DNA from: a virus
Lineage: Duplodnaviria; Caudoviricetes
IMG/VR virus record: IMGVR_UViG_3300004244_000010
Span: 7,322-71,321 of that record
Length of the DNA: 64,000 nucleotides
Reading direction: 5' to 3' (one strand)
Shown: positions 17,363 through 27,158 of the stretch, one piece after another
How the letters are laid out: every line of letters starts with the position of its first letter
How positions within the stretch are numbered: the stretch's first letter is position 1
Translations under genes and position numbers: made by a program
Notes under the pieces: generated by a model
Databases searched by the model: none
Seen by the model: the letters and a program-made list of their open reading frames with translations, nothing else
What the model was told of the DNA's origin: nothing

Positions 17363-18484
17363 TCAGGCCTCCACCATTTCGAGGCCCAGAAGGCCGTAGT
17401 TCACCCGATCGAAGCCGTCCGCGCTGCGCTGCACGGCCGCCGGGAACAGCTTGCGCACCTCGTCGGCCATCACGCCGATAAAACGGCGCGCGGGGTCGAA
17501 CACATAGGCGAAGCGGTAGAGGTTCAGACCGGTGTTGGCATCGTGGCCCACGAGCTCGATCTGATCCTTCAGCCGGCGGTCGCTCATGAACAGCGGCGCC
17601 ACCTTGGCTGCACCCGCCGCCAGGCCACCAATGCCACCAAGGATGGATCCAAGGCCCTCGCCCTGGTTCGCCTGGTCCTGCCCGTTCTTGTATTGCGCCT
17701 GGGCACCGAACATGCCGGTCGCGTTCCCGCCCATCTGAGACGCGATCTGGGCGGCTGAGGTGGTCCCAGAATTGATGCCCGCCACGCCCGTGTTGGCGAT
17801 GTTGATGCCGTTGGCCGCGAACTGGGCCGCCGATCCGGTGGCGCCCGCGCTCATGGCCGGGTAGCCGGCCAGCGCATTCACGGCTCGATCGGTCAGCGCG
17901 CGGCCTTCCATGCGCGCGGCGGTGCGGGCGCTGTTGGCGCCGCCGGCCAGGGCCACGGCCTGCGCCGTCTTCATCTGCCCATCCATCGCCGCGAAGCGGC
18001 CGGAGTTGGGATTCACGCCCATGCGCGCCAGGTTGCGCGCCGATTGCCCGCGCGCGCTGGAGAACCCCTGATTCACATCGGCCATGGCCTGGCCGGCGAG
18101 TTCTTCCTGACGCTGCTCAGTGTTGAACGTCTTCGCGTCGCTCACCAGCTGGTCCTGCGCGCCGGAAAGCTGATCGCGGCGCGTCAGCATCCACTGGCGA
18201 TCGGACATGGCCTGTTCATTGGCCGTCTTGGCTGCATCCAGGCCGAACTGCATCTGCTCCTTCTGCAGCGGCATCAGCTCTTCCGAGTTGGCCAGGATCT
18301 TCTGAATCGAGGCGTCCTGGATCCCCATCGACTTGATCTGTGCTTCGACCAGGCGCGGGTCCGGCGCCGGCGCGCTGCTGCCGCCCTTGCTACCCTCCAT
18401 CGTCATCGGGCCGAAGCGCCCGGCGCGCGGCCGAAACGCCAGCTCGGGCAGCAAGTCCCATTCGGTGGTGTGAAACCTAGACAT
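17363..18484 (-). CDS. Ejection/pilot-like protein with C-terminal Peptidase_S74 (ICA) domain
   Basis: GSKGGSSAPAPDP N-terminal motif; glycine zipper; C-terminal MSDRRLK...GVMADEV...VNY. Confidence 0.8.
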   Translation of the reverse strand: MSRFHTTEWDLLPELAFRPRAGRFGPMTMEGSKGGSSAPAPDPRLVEAQIKSMGIQDASIQKILANSEELMPLQKEQMQFGLDAAKTANEQAMSDRQWMLTRRDQLSGAQDQLVSDAKTFNTEQRQEELAGQAMADVNQGFSSARGQSARNLARMGVNPNSGRFAAMDGQMKTAQAVALAGGANSARTAARMEGRALTDRAVNALAGYPAMSAGATGSAAQFAANGINIANTGVAGINSGTTSAAQIASQMGGNATGMFGAQAQYKNGQDQANQGEGLGSILGGIGGLAAGAAKVAPLFMSDRRLKDQIELVGHDANTGLNLYRFAYVFDPARRFIGVMADEVRKLFPAAVQRSADGFDRVNYGLLGLEMVEA

Positions 18485-18890
18485 ACCTGCACTCCTTGCG
18501 CCGCATTCGATACACGATCACGTCGCCACCGTCAGGCGCCGCACCTTCGAGCCGGGCTTCCTCCTTGAACCCCAGGTGCTCATCAAAAGCACGAGCCTGC
18601 TGATTGCTCGCGTTCACATAGCCGCTCAGCCGATCCACCCTGCAGATCTCGAAGGCGTAGGTGAAGCACGCCTTCAGGAAGGTCCGCGTGAGCCAACGGC
18701 CGCCTTGCGCCGCGGCCACATGGATCCACATGTTCTTGCCGTTGAAACCCTCGAAGACCACGCCGGCAATCAGCGCGCCGCGGCGCTCCAGCCCGATCGC
18801 ACGCATGCCATCGGCCCGGGAGAATCCGGGCAGATGGTTCTGGACAAATGCCAGAACGGGCTCCAAATCGAACACCAGACGGTCGGCCAT
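18477..18890 (-). CDS. Phage GNAT-family acetyltransferase-like protein
   Basis: GVVFEGFNG, WLTRTFL, NQQARAFDEHLGFKEEA. Confidence 0.85.
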   Translation of the reverse strand: MADRLVFDLEPVLAFVQNHLPGFSRADGMRAIGLERRGALIAGVVFEGFNGKNMWIHVAAAQGGRWLTRTFLKACFTYAFEICRVDRLSGYVNASNQQARAFDEHLGFKEEARLEGAAPDGGDVIVYRMRRKECRYV

Positions 18891-18904
18891 ATGCCGGCCG
18901 ATGC

Positions 18905-18919
18905 TGCCATCCTTGGCAC
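18905..18919 (-). promoter_or_regulatory. Late-leader element copy 2
   Basis: GTGCCAAGGATGGCA, 14 nt upstream of the GNAT ATG. Confidence 0.8.
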
Positions 18920-18931
18920 CAGATCTTGGGG

Positions 18932-19165
18932 TCAACGCAGAGCTGGCGGGAGCTGCCGTCGCTCCATTTCCGACAGGTAGGCTTGGTAGCAGTGGTCGAC
19001 CTGCCAGAAGAACATGAAATTGATCATGTGCCGGAAGAACCCAAGCGGCTTTCCCTGCGAATACATCCGGTGCGCGTAACTGCTCAGCGTCTCATCCGGG
19101 AATCCCCCGCACAGCGCGGTCGCCAGTTGGTCGATCGCAATCAACAGGTTCAGCAGGTAATTCAT
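18932..19165 (-). CDS. Conserved phage hypothetical protein
   Basis: IAIDQL..ALCGG.PDETLSS...DHC motif seen in phage tail regions. Confidence 0.8.
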   Translation of the reverse strand: MNYLLNLLIAIDQLATALCGGFPDETLSSYAHRMYSQGKPLGFFRHMINFMFFWQVDHCYQAYLSEMERRQLPPALR

Positions 19166-19180
19166 GTGGTCCCTCCCGTG

Positions 19181-19567
19181 CTAGGTTGTGGTCAAGGTCA
19201 CGCGCATCCAGGCGTTCGTCATGCCCACCCAGAGCTGGTCGTTGGACAGTAGGATGAAGGCACCAGGCGTCACGGTACTTGGCAGTTGGTCCACAGCCGA
19301 ATCTCGTAGCGAGCTGATCGTTCCGTCGAAATCACCCAGCGCATCCATCGCTTCGATCAGGGGCGTGATGATGGCCTCCAGTTCGCGGCGCGTCACAGCC
19401 TTCTCGTACTTGTCGCCGCGCGATCCAAGTCGCACCTCTAGCCACTCACGAATGCTCTCCAGCGCCTTCTGGACGTTCTGATCAGCAGCGCGCGCGGCCT
19501 CAAGGGTCGGCAACTTGGCGCCGCTGTTGGCGTTCGGGCCACGCTGTGAAAGCCTGGACACGCTCAT
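19181..19567 (-). CDS. Phage tail-associated hypothetical protein
   Basis: Overlaps the upstream stop; operon position. Confidence 0.75.
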   Translation of the reverse strand: MSVSRLSQRGPNANSGAKLPTLEAARAADQNVQKALESIREWLEVRLGSRGDKYEKAVTRRELEAIITPLIEAMDALGDFDGTISSLRDSAVDQLPSTVTPGAFILLSNDQLWVGMTNAWMRVTLTTT

Positions 19568-19977
19568 TGCAATTCCCCTACGGTCGACGCGATCACTACC
19601 GAGGTAAGACGATCGGTGGATTGAACCTCGAGCTCCCAGACACGGTACTTGCCAGGTGGGAGCCGCTGAGGTCGGCGCGATGTGATCAGCGGCGAGGTAT
19701 AGAACAGCACGCCGTCGCCATAGAGCTTGATGACCGCTCCGGCCGCCAACTCACCGTTGATGCGCACCCACCCAAAACCGGGATAGTCGTTGAAGACCCA
19801 GCGCTTACCGCGCCAGGTGCCAGTGCCTACAGCGCCTCCCTTCACGGACACGATTGCGGTGCCAGACACCGCATATAGCGTGTCGGTCAGAAGATCGTTG
19901 TCCATGCCGGTGTTGCTGGCCAGGTCTGAGCGCTTGCTGATGCGCCGACTGCCAAGATCGAATGAATAGGTGCTCAC
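19564..19977 (-). CDS. Tail nozzle C-terminal-like domain protein (stand-alone copy)
   Basis: DLLTDTLYAVSG...LYGDGVLFYT...RLPPGKYR; paralogous to the C-terminus of 19974-20915. Confidence 0.8.
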   Translation of the reverse strand: MSTYSFDLGSRRISKRSDLASNTGMDNDLLTDTLYAVSGTAIVSVKGGAVGTGTWRGKRWVFNDYPGFGWVRINGELAAGAVIKLYGDGVLFYTSPLITSRRPQRLPPGKYRVWELEVQSTDRLTSVVIASTVGELQ

Positions 19978-20915
19978 GGGGTTTCCTTCAGCTCATTCAT
20001 CGAACTGGCCAGCGTCACAGCGGTGACGGCGCCGGCCGACTCCACTTCCACCTCAAGCTCTCGGAATTTGCCGGGCGGCAGTCGCAGCGGCGCGCGGCTC
20101 GTGATCGCTGGCTCCGTGTAGCGCAGTACACCGTCCCCGTAGATTCTCAGCGTGGCCGGGTAGTCGCCCTCGACCTTGATCCACCCGTACGAGGGTTGAT
20201 CGTCCTGCACGATGATCTTGCTGCGCCAGATGCCCGTGTCCTCGCCCCCGCTGTGCATAGGCAGAAGTTCGTTGCCACTGACCGTGTACAGAGTGTCGGT
20301 AAGCAGGTCCGCGTACGCGGCAGACAAGGGCACGCTGACCTTGAACTGGAGCCGGTTGTTTTCCCCCATGCCGAACTGGAGCAATCGTGAGCGGCTTCCA
20401 GCCACCGCGCCCAGCGTGTATTCAACGCCGTATCGGTCCCGCTGCTGCCGGTAACGCAAAGATCCATCGCGGATATACGCAAAGATCACATCGTTGTAGG
20501 CGCCGCTCCCGTGGCGCTTGTCATCCATGGACAGCATGCCACTCCGCGCCCCAGGGAAACTCGTCACCACCATGACGCCAGCCAAGGTGTCGTACCACCA
20601 CAACTTCTGCGTTCCTGCCTCTATAAAAGCCAATGTCGCCTGCATGTTCTGGTCGAATGCGAGGCTGACCTCCGTAATGCCTGCGCCCGTCAATACCGCT
20701 GTCGCCGGCGCCCCCTCCGGGTCTGGGGCCACCCACACGGTTATCCCGTCGGTGTAGGCCCGCCAGTCGCGCACATTCAGCCCCTGGCTCGGGTCGTTGA
20801 GGGCGATGCCGCCACGCTCCCAGTCTTGCAGGTACGTCTCGCGGATCCGATCATCTGGCGCCACCAAGCTGCTCACCACCGGAACCGACGACAGTGCACC
20901 GAAAGGTATCGCCAT
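19974..20915 (-). CDS. Chimeric tail protein: siphovirus-like minor tail N-terminus + nozzle C-terminal-like domain
   Basis: DWERGGIALNDPSQGL N-terminus; C-terminal DLLTDTLYTVSG...RLPPGKFR. Confidence 0.75.
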   Translation of the reverse strand: MAIPFGALSSVPVVSSLVAPDDRIRETYLQDWERGGIALNDPSQGLNVRDWRAYTDGITVWVAPDPEGAPATAVLTGAGITEVSLAFDQNMQATLAFIEAGTQKLWWYDTLAGVMVVTSFPGARSGMLSMDDKRHGSGAYNDVIFAYIRDGSLRYRQQRDRYGVEYTLGAVAGSRSRLLQFGMGENNRLQFKVSVPLSAAYADLLTDTLYTVSGNELLPMHSGGEDTGIWRSKIIVQDDQPSYGWIKVEGDYPATLRIYGDGVLRYTEPAITSRAPLRLPPGKFRELEVEVESAGAVTAVTLASSMNELKETP

Positions 20916-20917
20916 GG

Positions 20918-21889
20918 TCAGGCCCGCGCCAGCGCAATGCGCATGGTCAGACGCAGGCGCCGGGTAGCGTCTTTGTTGACGTTCGGCACGAACTCCATCT
21001 GGAACCGCATGGGGGCCAGCTCGCCGAACCCATCATTCCCATAGGGTCCGAAAGTGAGGCTCTTGAACCCACCAGCTACATTGGATGATCCCAGCGGCCA
21101 CTCAAACAAAATATCCCGATAGAACGTGCCCCCCACATAGGCTTGCGGCGTGACAGTCACACTTCCTGAAACCGTTTCCGTGCCGGCAGGGCGACCGGTG
21201 CGCGCCCCTAGGGCGCCAGAATAGACCGCGATCTGTGTCGCGGTGTTGCCCGCCCCTACGGTTGCCGAAGAACCGATGGCCGAGCGCTCCAGCAAGTAGC
21301 GCAAGTCCCAGCGATTCACATCGGAAACACTGGATGCCCGGATCGTGTATGCCGTGGTCGTGCCGTCCAGAGCAATGCTCCCCGTCACGTCAGCCGCAGG
21401 GGGGTAAATTCGGACGCGGTAGGTAACGTCAAGTTGCTCATCAGCGAGCACCGTCACGTCCGTGGGAGCGCCCAGCGCGTTGGTTGTGAGCGCGCGGCTG
21501 AAGAGGCTGGCCGTGGCCGCCCACCCAAAACCGACCTCGCGCAAATTGCCCGTCGCGGCGCCAGTGGCGAAGCGGAACGTGACCGCGTACTCAAGGTAGT
21601 CTGGCGGGCCGCTCGTATACGCCACTGCCGAGGCGGTCTGGACTGCGGAAGTAGCAGCGATTTTGGCAACCAGCGCCGTTTGCGTCTCCGTGACCGCGGT
21701 GTTGTCCGTTCCCACTTGGCAGTAGGCAAGCGTTCCCGTGACGATGCCAGTGCCGCCCATGATGCGATCGAGTCCGGCGTTGAGGACCATGTTGTCAAAG
21801 TCGGCCAGCACCTTGTCGCCGCGTGCGCCGCCGGATACCGCCATGGTGATGTGCCCGCTAACGCCGGCCTTCACGACAATCGTGTTCAT
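20918..21889 (-). CDS. Virion structural/tail protein (323 aa)
   Basis: FDNMVLNAGLDRI...CQVGTDNT...GNLREVG motif of phage tail proteins. Confidence 0.75.
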   Translation of the reverse strand: MNTIVVKAGVSGHITMAVSGGARGDKVLADFDNMVLNAGLDRIMGGTGIVTGTLAYCQVGTDNTAVTETQTALVAKIAATSAVQTASAVAYTSGPPDYLEYAVTFRFATGAATGNLREVGFGWAATASLFSRALTTNALGAPTDVTVLADEQLDVTYRVRIYPPAADVTGSIALDGTTTAYTIRASSVSDVNRWDLRYLLERSAIGSSATVGAGNTATQIAVYSGALGARTGRPAGTETVSGSVTVTPQAYVGGTFYRDILFEWPLGSSNVAGGFKSLTFGPYGNDGFGELAPMRFQMEFVPNVNKDATRRLRLTMRIALARA

Positions 21890-21890
21890 A

Positions 21891-22349
21891 TCAAGTTCCT
21901 AGGTATGCCGCCACCAGCGTGGCGCTTGTTCCAAGTAGTTCGGCCGCCTGGTCGTGCTGGACAAGAACCCGACGAAGCTCCCAGGCGACCAGGGTCACTT
22001 GCGTGGATACCGGCTCGGCAGGCGGCGCTGTGATGGCCCGCATGAATCGGAGTTCTGCGTTGACAACCGTCGCCGCAAGCGACACCGTCTCAGAGGACTG
22101 CGTGCTCAGCAGCAAAGGCGCAAGCCGCGCCTCTGTGACGGCAACGCCCACACCGACTGAATCCATTACCGTGATCTGGTGCAGGGTCTGCCGCAGCTCC
22201 GCTCCAACAACGCTGACTCCAGCCGTTATGGCGTCCTCTGCAATCGCGGGGTATGGCCGACTCGACCAGACCTCAAACGCGCGCTCCAGCGCGTCCGGCA
22301 TCGTGCTCAGTCGCCTAGATACGAGGTCGAACTTCCATGCCCTAGACAT
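21891..22349 (-). CDS. Tail-associated protein (152 aa)
   Basis: N-terminal FDLVSRRLS resembles the start of 19564-19977; SRPYP followed by beta-rich repeats. Confidence 0.7.
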   Translation of the reverse strand: MSRAWKFDLVSRRLSTMPDALERAFEVWSSRPYPAIAEDAITAGVSVVGAELRQTLHQITVMDSVGVGVAVTEARLAPLLLSTQSSETVSLAATVVNAELRFMRAITAPPAEPVSTQVTLVAWELRRVLVQHDQAAELLGTSATLVAAYLGT

Positions 22350-22351
22350 GC

Positions 22352-24955
22352 TCAGCCAGTCACCAGGTAGTACACGCCATCATGGAAGGCGCCGAACGAC
22401 GCTGCGCTGACTTCGGCCTGCCAGTCATCGCGGCTGAACGCGCCCTCGCTGAACACCTGTACGCCCGCCGGTGAGGCCAGGCACAAGCCATCCGGGCTGG
22501 CGTACATCACCCCCCCCTCCACGCCGGCTATCGTGCGCTTGCTGATGCAGGCCTGGGTGCTCTCGATCTTCTGGGCGCTGTAGCTGGCAGAGTCAGCCCC
22601 CGACGCGTAGTACGGGTTGCCTTCGGTCAGCACCACGGCGGTCTGCCCGAACACGCCAATGCCGACGATCTTGAACTCCAGCGTCAACTGGTACTCGAGG
22701 GGCCAGGCATAGGGCTGGTACGGCTCGCACAGGCACAGGGTCTTGCCGAAGAAGCCGGCCATCATGCCGTTGGGCAGGCCCACCAGGCCCTGCAGGTTTT
22801 CGGGAGGCTCGGCCCAGGTCAGCGAGGGGCAAACCTCTTGCAGTTCCTCTTGCTTCTTGTCGTCAACGAAGGACAGGTTGCTGATGTCCAGGTAGGCGAA
22901 CGAACCGCCAGACATCACTCCGTTGACGGCGCCGGATCCATCCACCAGTTGGAAGGCTGCGCCGGAATTGGTGGTGCTGCTGCGATACAGGCGCCAGCCG
23001 ACGATGTGCCGGCCGGCGGGCGGCGACACGGCCACCACCTTGACGCTATCGTTCTGGTCGATCTCCAGCAGCTCGGACGGATCCGATGGGGCCGACTCTT
23101 CGCCCCAGTCGGTCACGAAGGTGACGACATAGCCGCGCGTCTCAATCAAGCGCGTGACGATCTTCGATGTGATGGCGCCAAACAGCGTGGAAGCCTCGCT
23201 CGAAAGGATGGCCTTGATCAGATCATCGAGGCCGGCGAAGTAGTCCTCTATCGCCTTGGATGCCGACTTCATCAAGCTGATCTTGGTCACCAGCGAGGCC
23301 GCGTCGGTAGGCGTGGCAAGCTGGGTCTTCAGTTCCGCCTGCTTGGTATTCAGGGCCTCGATGTAGGGCAGCACCGGTGCAATACTGGCGTTGGTAACAG
23401 CATAGATCTCGGCGGCGAGCGCGGTGGACTGCGGGCCGGTCAGTAGCGGGGTTCCGGGCGAAGCTGGGTTGTCCACCGTGGCCAGCGATGCGGCCAGCGC
23501 AGTCTGTTCCACGGCTTTTCCAAGGGCGCGGTACTTCAGGGCCGGCACTGCCCAGTATTGCGAGCCGCTGTAGGTGACCTGGGCGCCGCCAAGCGACCCA
23601 TCACGCAGATAGTCGTCCGCTGGGTTCGTCGCCACCCATGCGCCACCGCTGAGCGAAAGCTGAACGAGGTAGGCTGCGTCAGTGCTGGCGGTCGTCGGTA
23701 GGCCGGTGGCCAGGGCATCGCCATGCGTGACCCAGAACCCGGTCGGCACGGCACCCGTCGAATACGGGGCGGCTGGCGGCGTGAAGTTCCCCGTCTCCCG
23801 CTGGTCCAGCGTCACGCGCACTTCATCGATCTTGCCTTGCCATGCGAAATCGCTCACGCGCCCAGGTCGGTTGGAGCGGCCGATCACCGAAAGTTCCAGG
23901 CCTTCCGCGTTTGGCGTAGAGCCCGACAGCACGCCATCGATATAGACCTGCACCGTGCTGCCGGTGCATTTGATGCGCAGATGCACCGGCACGCCGGCCG
24001 CACATACATCGGCGCCGGTGGTGCGCTTGACCTTCAGCTGGGTGCTGAATTCGCCGCCGTACTCATTGCCGAACAGCACCACGTAGTCGCCCGTCGTGGG
24101 CTTGCGGAACACCACCTCGCGCATGTTGCCGTTACGGCATTCCAGCTGGATGTACTCCAGGTCAACAGCACTGGTAACCGAGGCATCAATGCACCAGGTA
24201 GGGTCCGCCTCATCGCGCCAGCGACGGATCTCAGGGAAGGTGATACCGCAGTTCGCGCCGCCCGCGATGGCGGCATAGCCGGTGCCGGCGGCGCCCAGCG
24301 GGCCAAGGTTGTCCGTGGCCAGGGTGACGTTGGATTCGTGCGTTATGACGCGCGCCTGTGGGCTCAGATCCTTGAAGCGGCCGCCTACCAGAGGCGATGT
24401 GAACGGCAGGTGCAGCGCGACCTTGCTGTAAAGCGGGTCCGGCGTCAGCACCGGCGGCGCTACACCGGTGGGCGCGGCGTTTCCAAGCAGCGGTGTGGTA
24501 ATGAGTGCATGCACGGCAGCCAGCACCGCATTGGTCGCGGCGATCTGCGCCGCATCCGCATCGGATTGGGTCAACTCATCGGCCACAATGGCCGTCACCG
24601 ATGGCTTGGCGCTCGGCGCCGGTACACCTAGTCGGCGATATGTGCCACCCTGCCAGGCCTCCGGGTACGCTGAGCGTCCCGTGAGGTACACCCGATCGCT
24701 GGCTGCGTCTGCGATCTGCCCGTTCACATAATCGGTGTCTGTGCTGCTGGAAAGCCAGGTTCCACTGGGCGTGCGAAAAATGCTCTTGGTGCCGGCGAGC
24801 ACCGACGCAACCGAGGCGCCCGGACCTTTGCTAGGCCGGAAATCGCCATAGCGCAGATTCAGGTTGAGCGCGGTCTGCGCGCCGTCGGGCGGCAGGTTGC
24901 GCGCATCCACCGAAGGCTGCAGCCCGCCGAACTGGGTGATCTTGATGACGGCCAT
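22352..24955 (-). CDS. Tail nozzle/stabilisation-like protein with an inserted LamG/ConA-like domain
   Basis: MAVIKITQFGGLQP...; TFVTDWGEESAPS; CEPYQPYAWP; internal VALHLPF...VYIDG...GKIDEVRVT. Confidence 0.8.
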   Translation of the reverse strand: MAVIKITQFGGLQPSVDARNLPPDGAQTALNLNLRYGDFRPSKGPGASVASVLAGTKSIFRTPSGTWLSSSTDTDYVNGQIADAASDRVYLTGRSAYPEAWQGGTYRRLGVPAPSAKPSVTAIVADELTQSDADAAQIAATNAVLAAVHALITTPLLGNAAPTGVAPPVLTPDPLYSKVALHLPFTSPLVGGRFKDLSPQARVITHESNVTLATDNLGPLGAAGTGYAAIAGGANCGITFPEIRRWRDEADPTWCIDASVTSAVDLEYIQLECRNGNMREVVFRKPTTGDYVVLFGNEYGGEFSTQLKVKRTTGADVCAAGVPVHLRIKCTGSTVQVYIDGVLSGSTPNAEGLELSVIGRSNRPGRVSDFAWQGKIDEVRVTLDQRETGNFTPPAAPYSTGAVPTGFWVTHGDALATGLPTTASTDAAYLVQLSLSGGAWVATNPADDYLRDGSLGGAQVTYSGSQYWAVPALKYRALGKAVEQTALAASLATVDNPASPGTPLLTGPQSTALAAEIYAVTNASIAPVLPYIEALNTKQAELKTQLATPTDAASLVTKISLMKSASKAIEDYFAGLDDLIKAILSSEASTLFGAITSKIVTRLIETRGYVVTFVTDWGEESAPSDPSELLEIDQNDSVKVVAVSPPAGRHIVGWRLYRSSTTNSGAAFQLVDGSGAVNGVMSGGSFAYLDISNLSFVDDKKQEELQEVCPSLTWAEPPENLQGLVGLPNGMMAGFFGKTLCLCEPYQPYAWPLEYQLTLEFKIVGIGVFGQTAVVLTEGNPYYASGADSASYSAQKIESTQACISKRTIAGVEGGVMYASPDGLCLASPAGVQVFSEGAFSRDDWQAEVSAASFGAFHDGVYYLVTG

Positions 24956-24956
24956 A

Positions 24957-25460
24957 TCACTGCACCGCCATGCAGTCGGCGTGCCGCTTGAGCTGCCGGG
25001 TCCAGACGCCAGCGCACACCTTGTTGCCGGGAGTGGAGCAGTCGTAGCCGGCCACTTTCTTGAACTCCAGCAACTTGTCGCAGGCCTGCACGTACTCGCC
25101 GGCGTTCAGCAGCGGCGCGAAGCTCTTGCACACCCAGCCCATGCCGTACTGGTAGCCAAAGTTCAGGTACAGGTCGTACTCGGCCTGGTGCAGCGGCGCA
25201 TGCACGCAGCGCTTGAAACCAGCCTCGGCCCCCTGGGTGTAGGCGAGCGTGCGCTGCAGCGCCGGCACCGGCGTGGTAGTGTCACCCAGCTGCACGGGCG
25301 ATCCATCGGCGCGCGTCGTGCTGCCAAATCCAATGGTGGGAACATCACCCCTCACGGGGATGACAGCGCGGTCGGTGTAGCCCTCCTGAGACACCAAACC
25401 AACCAGGGCGATAGCACTGAGCGAGAGGGATCCAATGGCGATGCGAGTCGGCTTTGCCAT
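24957..25460 (-). CDS. SAR-type endolysin (GH24 lysozyme)
   Basis: Hydrophobic N-terminus then EGY...GDVPTIGFGST; ATG overlaps the upstream TGA. Confidence 0.9.
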   Translation of the reverse strand: MAKPTRIAIGSLSLSAIALVGLVSQEGYTDRAVIPVRGDVPTIGFGSTTRADGSPVQLGDTTTPVPALQRTLAYTQGAEAGFKRCVHAPLHQAEYDLYLNFGYQYGMGWVCKSFAPLLNAGEYVQACDKLLEFKKVAGYDCSTPGNKVCAGVWTRQLKRHADCMAVQ

Positions 25461-25819
25461 CACGTCCCCATCAGCTTGGCTTTGAGCGCATCCCACACCA
25501 CGACGCCAAACAGGCCGGCGGCGCCCCACACGGCGGCCGTCACCCATTTGGCGGTCTGGCGCTGCATCGGCTCCGCGCGCTCGAGCACGGCCACGCGATT
25601 GCCCATCTTGTCGATGCGCTCTTCCAGCTTCTCGATCACCTTGAAGGCACGCTCAAGGGCTTGCGATGACTGGGCCTGACGCTCTTCGACCACGGCCAGC
25701 TTGGTGACGGCAGTGGTCAGCTCCTTGAGAACGTCGTGGAGTTCGCTCACGTCGCGGTGCATGCCCTCCACCCGATGGGCAAGCACTGCGATAGCGGCGT
25801 TGGTGTCGGAATCGCTCAT
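25460..25819 (-). CDS. Putative holin/antiholin
   Basis: Coiled coil plus one C-terminal TM segment, directly upstream of the endolysin. Confidence 0.6.
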   Translation of the reverse strand: MSDSDTNAAIAVLAHRVEGMHRDVSELHDVLKELTTAVTKLAVVEERQAQSSQALERAFKVIEKLEERIDKMGNRVAVLERAEPMQRQTAKWVTAAVWGAAGLFGVVVWDALKAKLMGT

Positions 25820-25842
25820 GGCATTTCTTGGGTGGTTTGAAA

Positions 25843-26526
25843 TCAGGAGGTACTGACGCCGCCGGGGTTGCTGACGCCGGGGGCAATCGTCATGCCTGCC
25901 GACACTTCGATGCCCAGCGCTTGCGCGAACGCTGCGAAATGGAGGTTCGCGCGCGGAATGCTGGCAAACTCGTCTTCCTTGATGAACGCGCGATACAGCA
26001 CGTAGTCGACCAGGACGCTCGCAAAGATTTCTGGGGCGTTGATGTTTCCGGTCACGTCGTCATAGGTGCTGCCAGCGGCCGGCACAGTGATGTCGATCGG
26101 GTAGGCCGAGACGATCGCATCCACCTGGGTTCCGTTGATCGCTGGTGGGTACACCTCGAACTGGCGCGGCGCGCGCGGGTCGTAGGTGAAATGCTTGACC
26201 ACGGCAGCCCCGGTCATGCTGCGCCATTCCGGGTCAATGTCATCAAGCTGGGAACGCACTGCCTGGCGTATTGCACGCTTAGGTGCGGCGGTGTTGTTCG
26301 GGATGTCGATCAGCTTGGCTGCCGTCGCTGGCAGCGATTGATGCGAGCCGGCCACCAGCGTGATCGGCGCTGCGGGCGTGGTGAAAGCATCAGGCCGGTG
26401 AATTGCCACCTCGCGCTGTCCATCGTTGAGCCAGCGCACGAGCTCAGCTGCGTCCCAGCGCGTGCTGGTCGCGTCCTGCAGCACATCGGTTGCGCGGAGG
26501 ATGATGTCTTTGGCTAGAAAGGTCAT
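25843..26526 (-). CDS. Head-tail adaptor (DUF6682-like)
   Basis: LQD...RWDAAELVRWLNDGQRE...RPDA. Confidence 0.8.
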   Translation of the reverse strand: MTFLAKDIILRATDVLQDATSTRWDAAELVRWLNDGQREVAIHRPDAFTTPAAPITLVAGSHQSLPATAAKLIDIPNNTAAPKRAIRQAVRSQLDDIDPEWRSMTGAAVVKHFTYDPRAPRQFEVYPPAINGTQVDAIVSAYPIDITVPAAGSTYDDVTGNINAPEIFASVLVDYVLYRAFIKEDEFASIPRANLHFAAFAQALGIEVSAGMTIAPGVSNPGGVSTS

Positions 26527-26529
26527 GGG

Positions 26530-27147
26530 TCACACCCACTTGGCGCGGTTGCGCGGCGTCTGCCCGGTGTACCCGCGGTAGGCGTCGACGTTCTTGGAGG
26601 CGATCGCTGCAAGGAATTCAGACCTTTCCAGCATGGCCTGGTCAGGACGAGAAAATGGCTTGTCAGGCATGCCTTGCAGCCTGGCCTTGGCGCCCTTCAC
26701 GATGTCATCGACATACTGGGAGAACATGGCATCGGAGACGCCGGTGGCATCCTCACCGGGCGCCAGCGTCGCCTGCACCTGAATGCTGGTACCAGCGACG
26801 ACATCTTTGGCCAGGGTGAATACCAGCCTATCGCGGGTGGTGATGCCGTCTGCATCGACCGGCGCGCTGTCGATGTCGGTGTTGATTGAACGGTAGGACA
26901 GGATGGGCGTTTCCAACCCGTTGGCGGTGGCCTTCTCCAGCCTGATCACGATCGCCCCCGCCGGGATGGTCAGCGCGTACTCGCGCTCACCATCCACCGT
27001 CACCACGGGCGCCAGCCATTCCAGCCAGGCAAAGGTCTTGCTGAAGAACTCCGCCGCGGCGCGCCGGAGCGCCTGATCCATCATGGGCTCAGCGCACCCC
27101 GGCACATGCGGCCGCAGGTCGGCGTAGAACTTCGACCAATCCGCCAT
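26530..27147 (-). CDS. Head-tail adaptor/connector protein
   Basis: FYADLRPHVPGC...ALRRAAAEFF; position after the capsid genes. Confidence 0.75.
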   Translation of the reverse strand: MADWSKFYADLRPHVPGCAEPMMDQALRRAAAEFFSKTFAWLEWLAPVVTVDGEREYALTIPAGAIVIRLEKATANGLETPILSYRSINTDIDSAPVDADGITTRDRLVFTLAKDVVAGTSIQVQATLAPGEDATGVSDAMFSQYVDDIVKGAKARLQGMPDKPFSRPDQAMLERSEFLAAIASKNVDAYRGYTGQTPRNRAKWV

Positions 27148-27158
27148 GGCTCAGCCGA

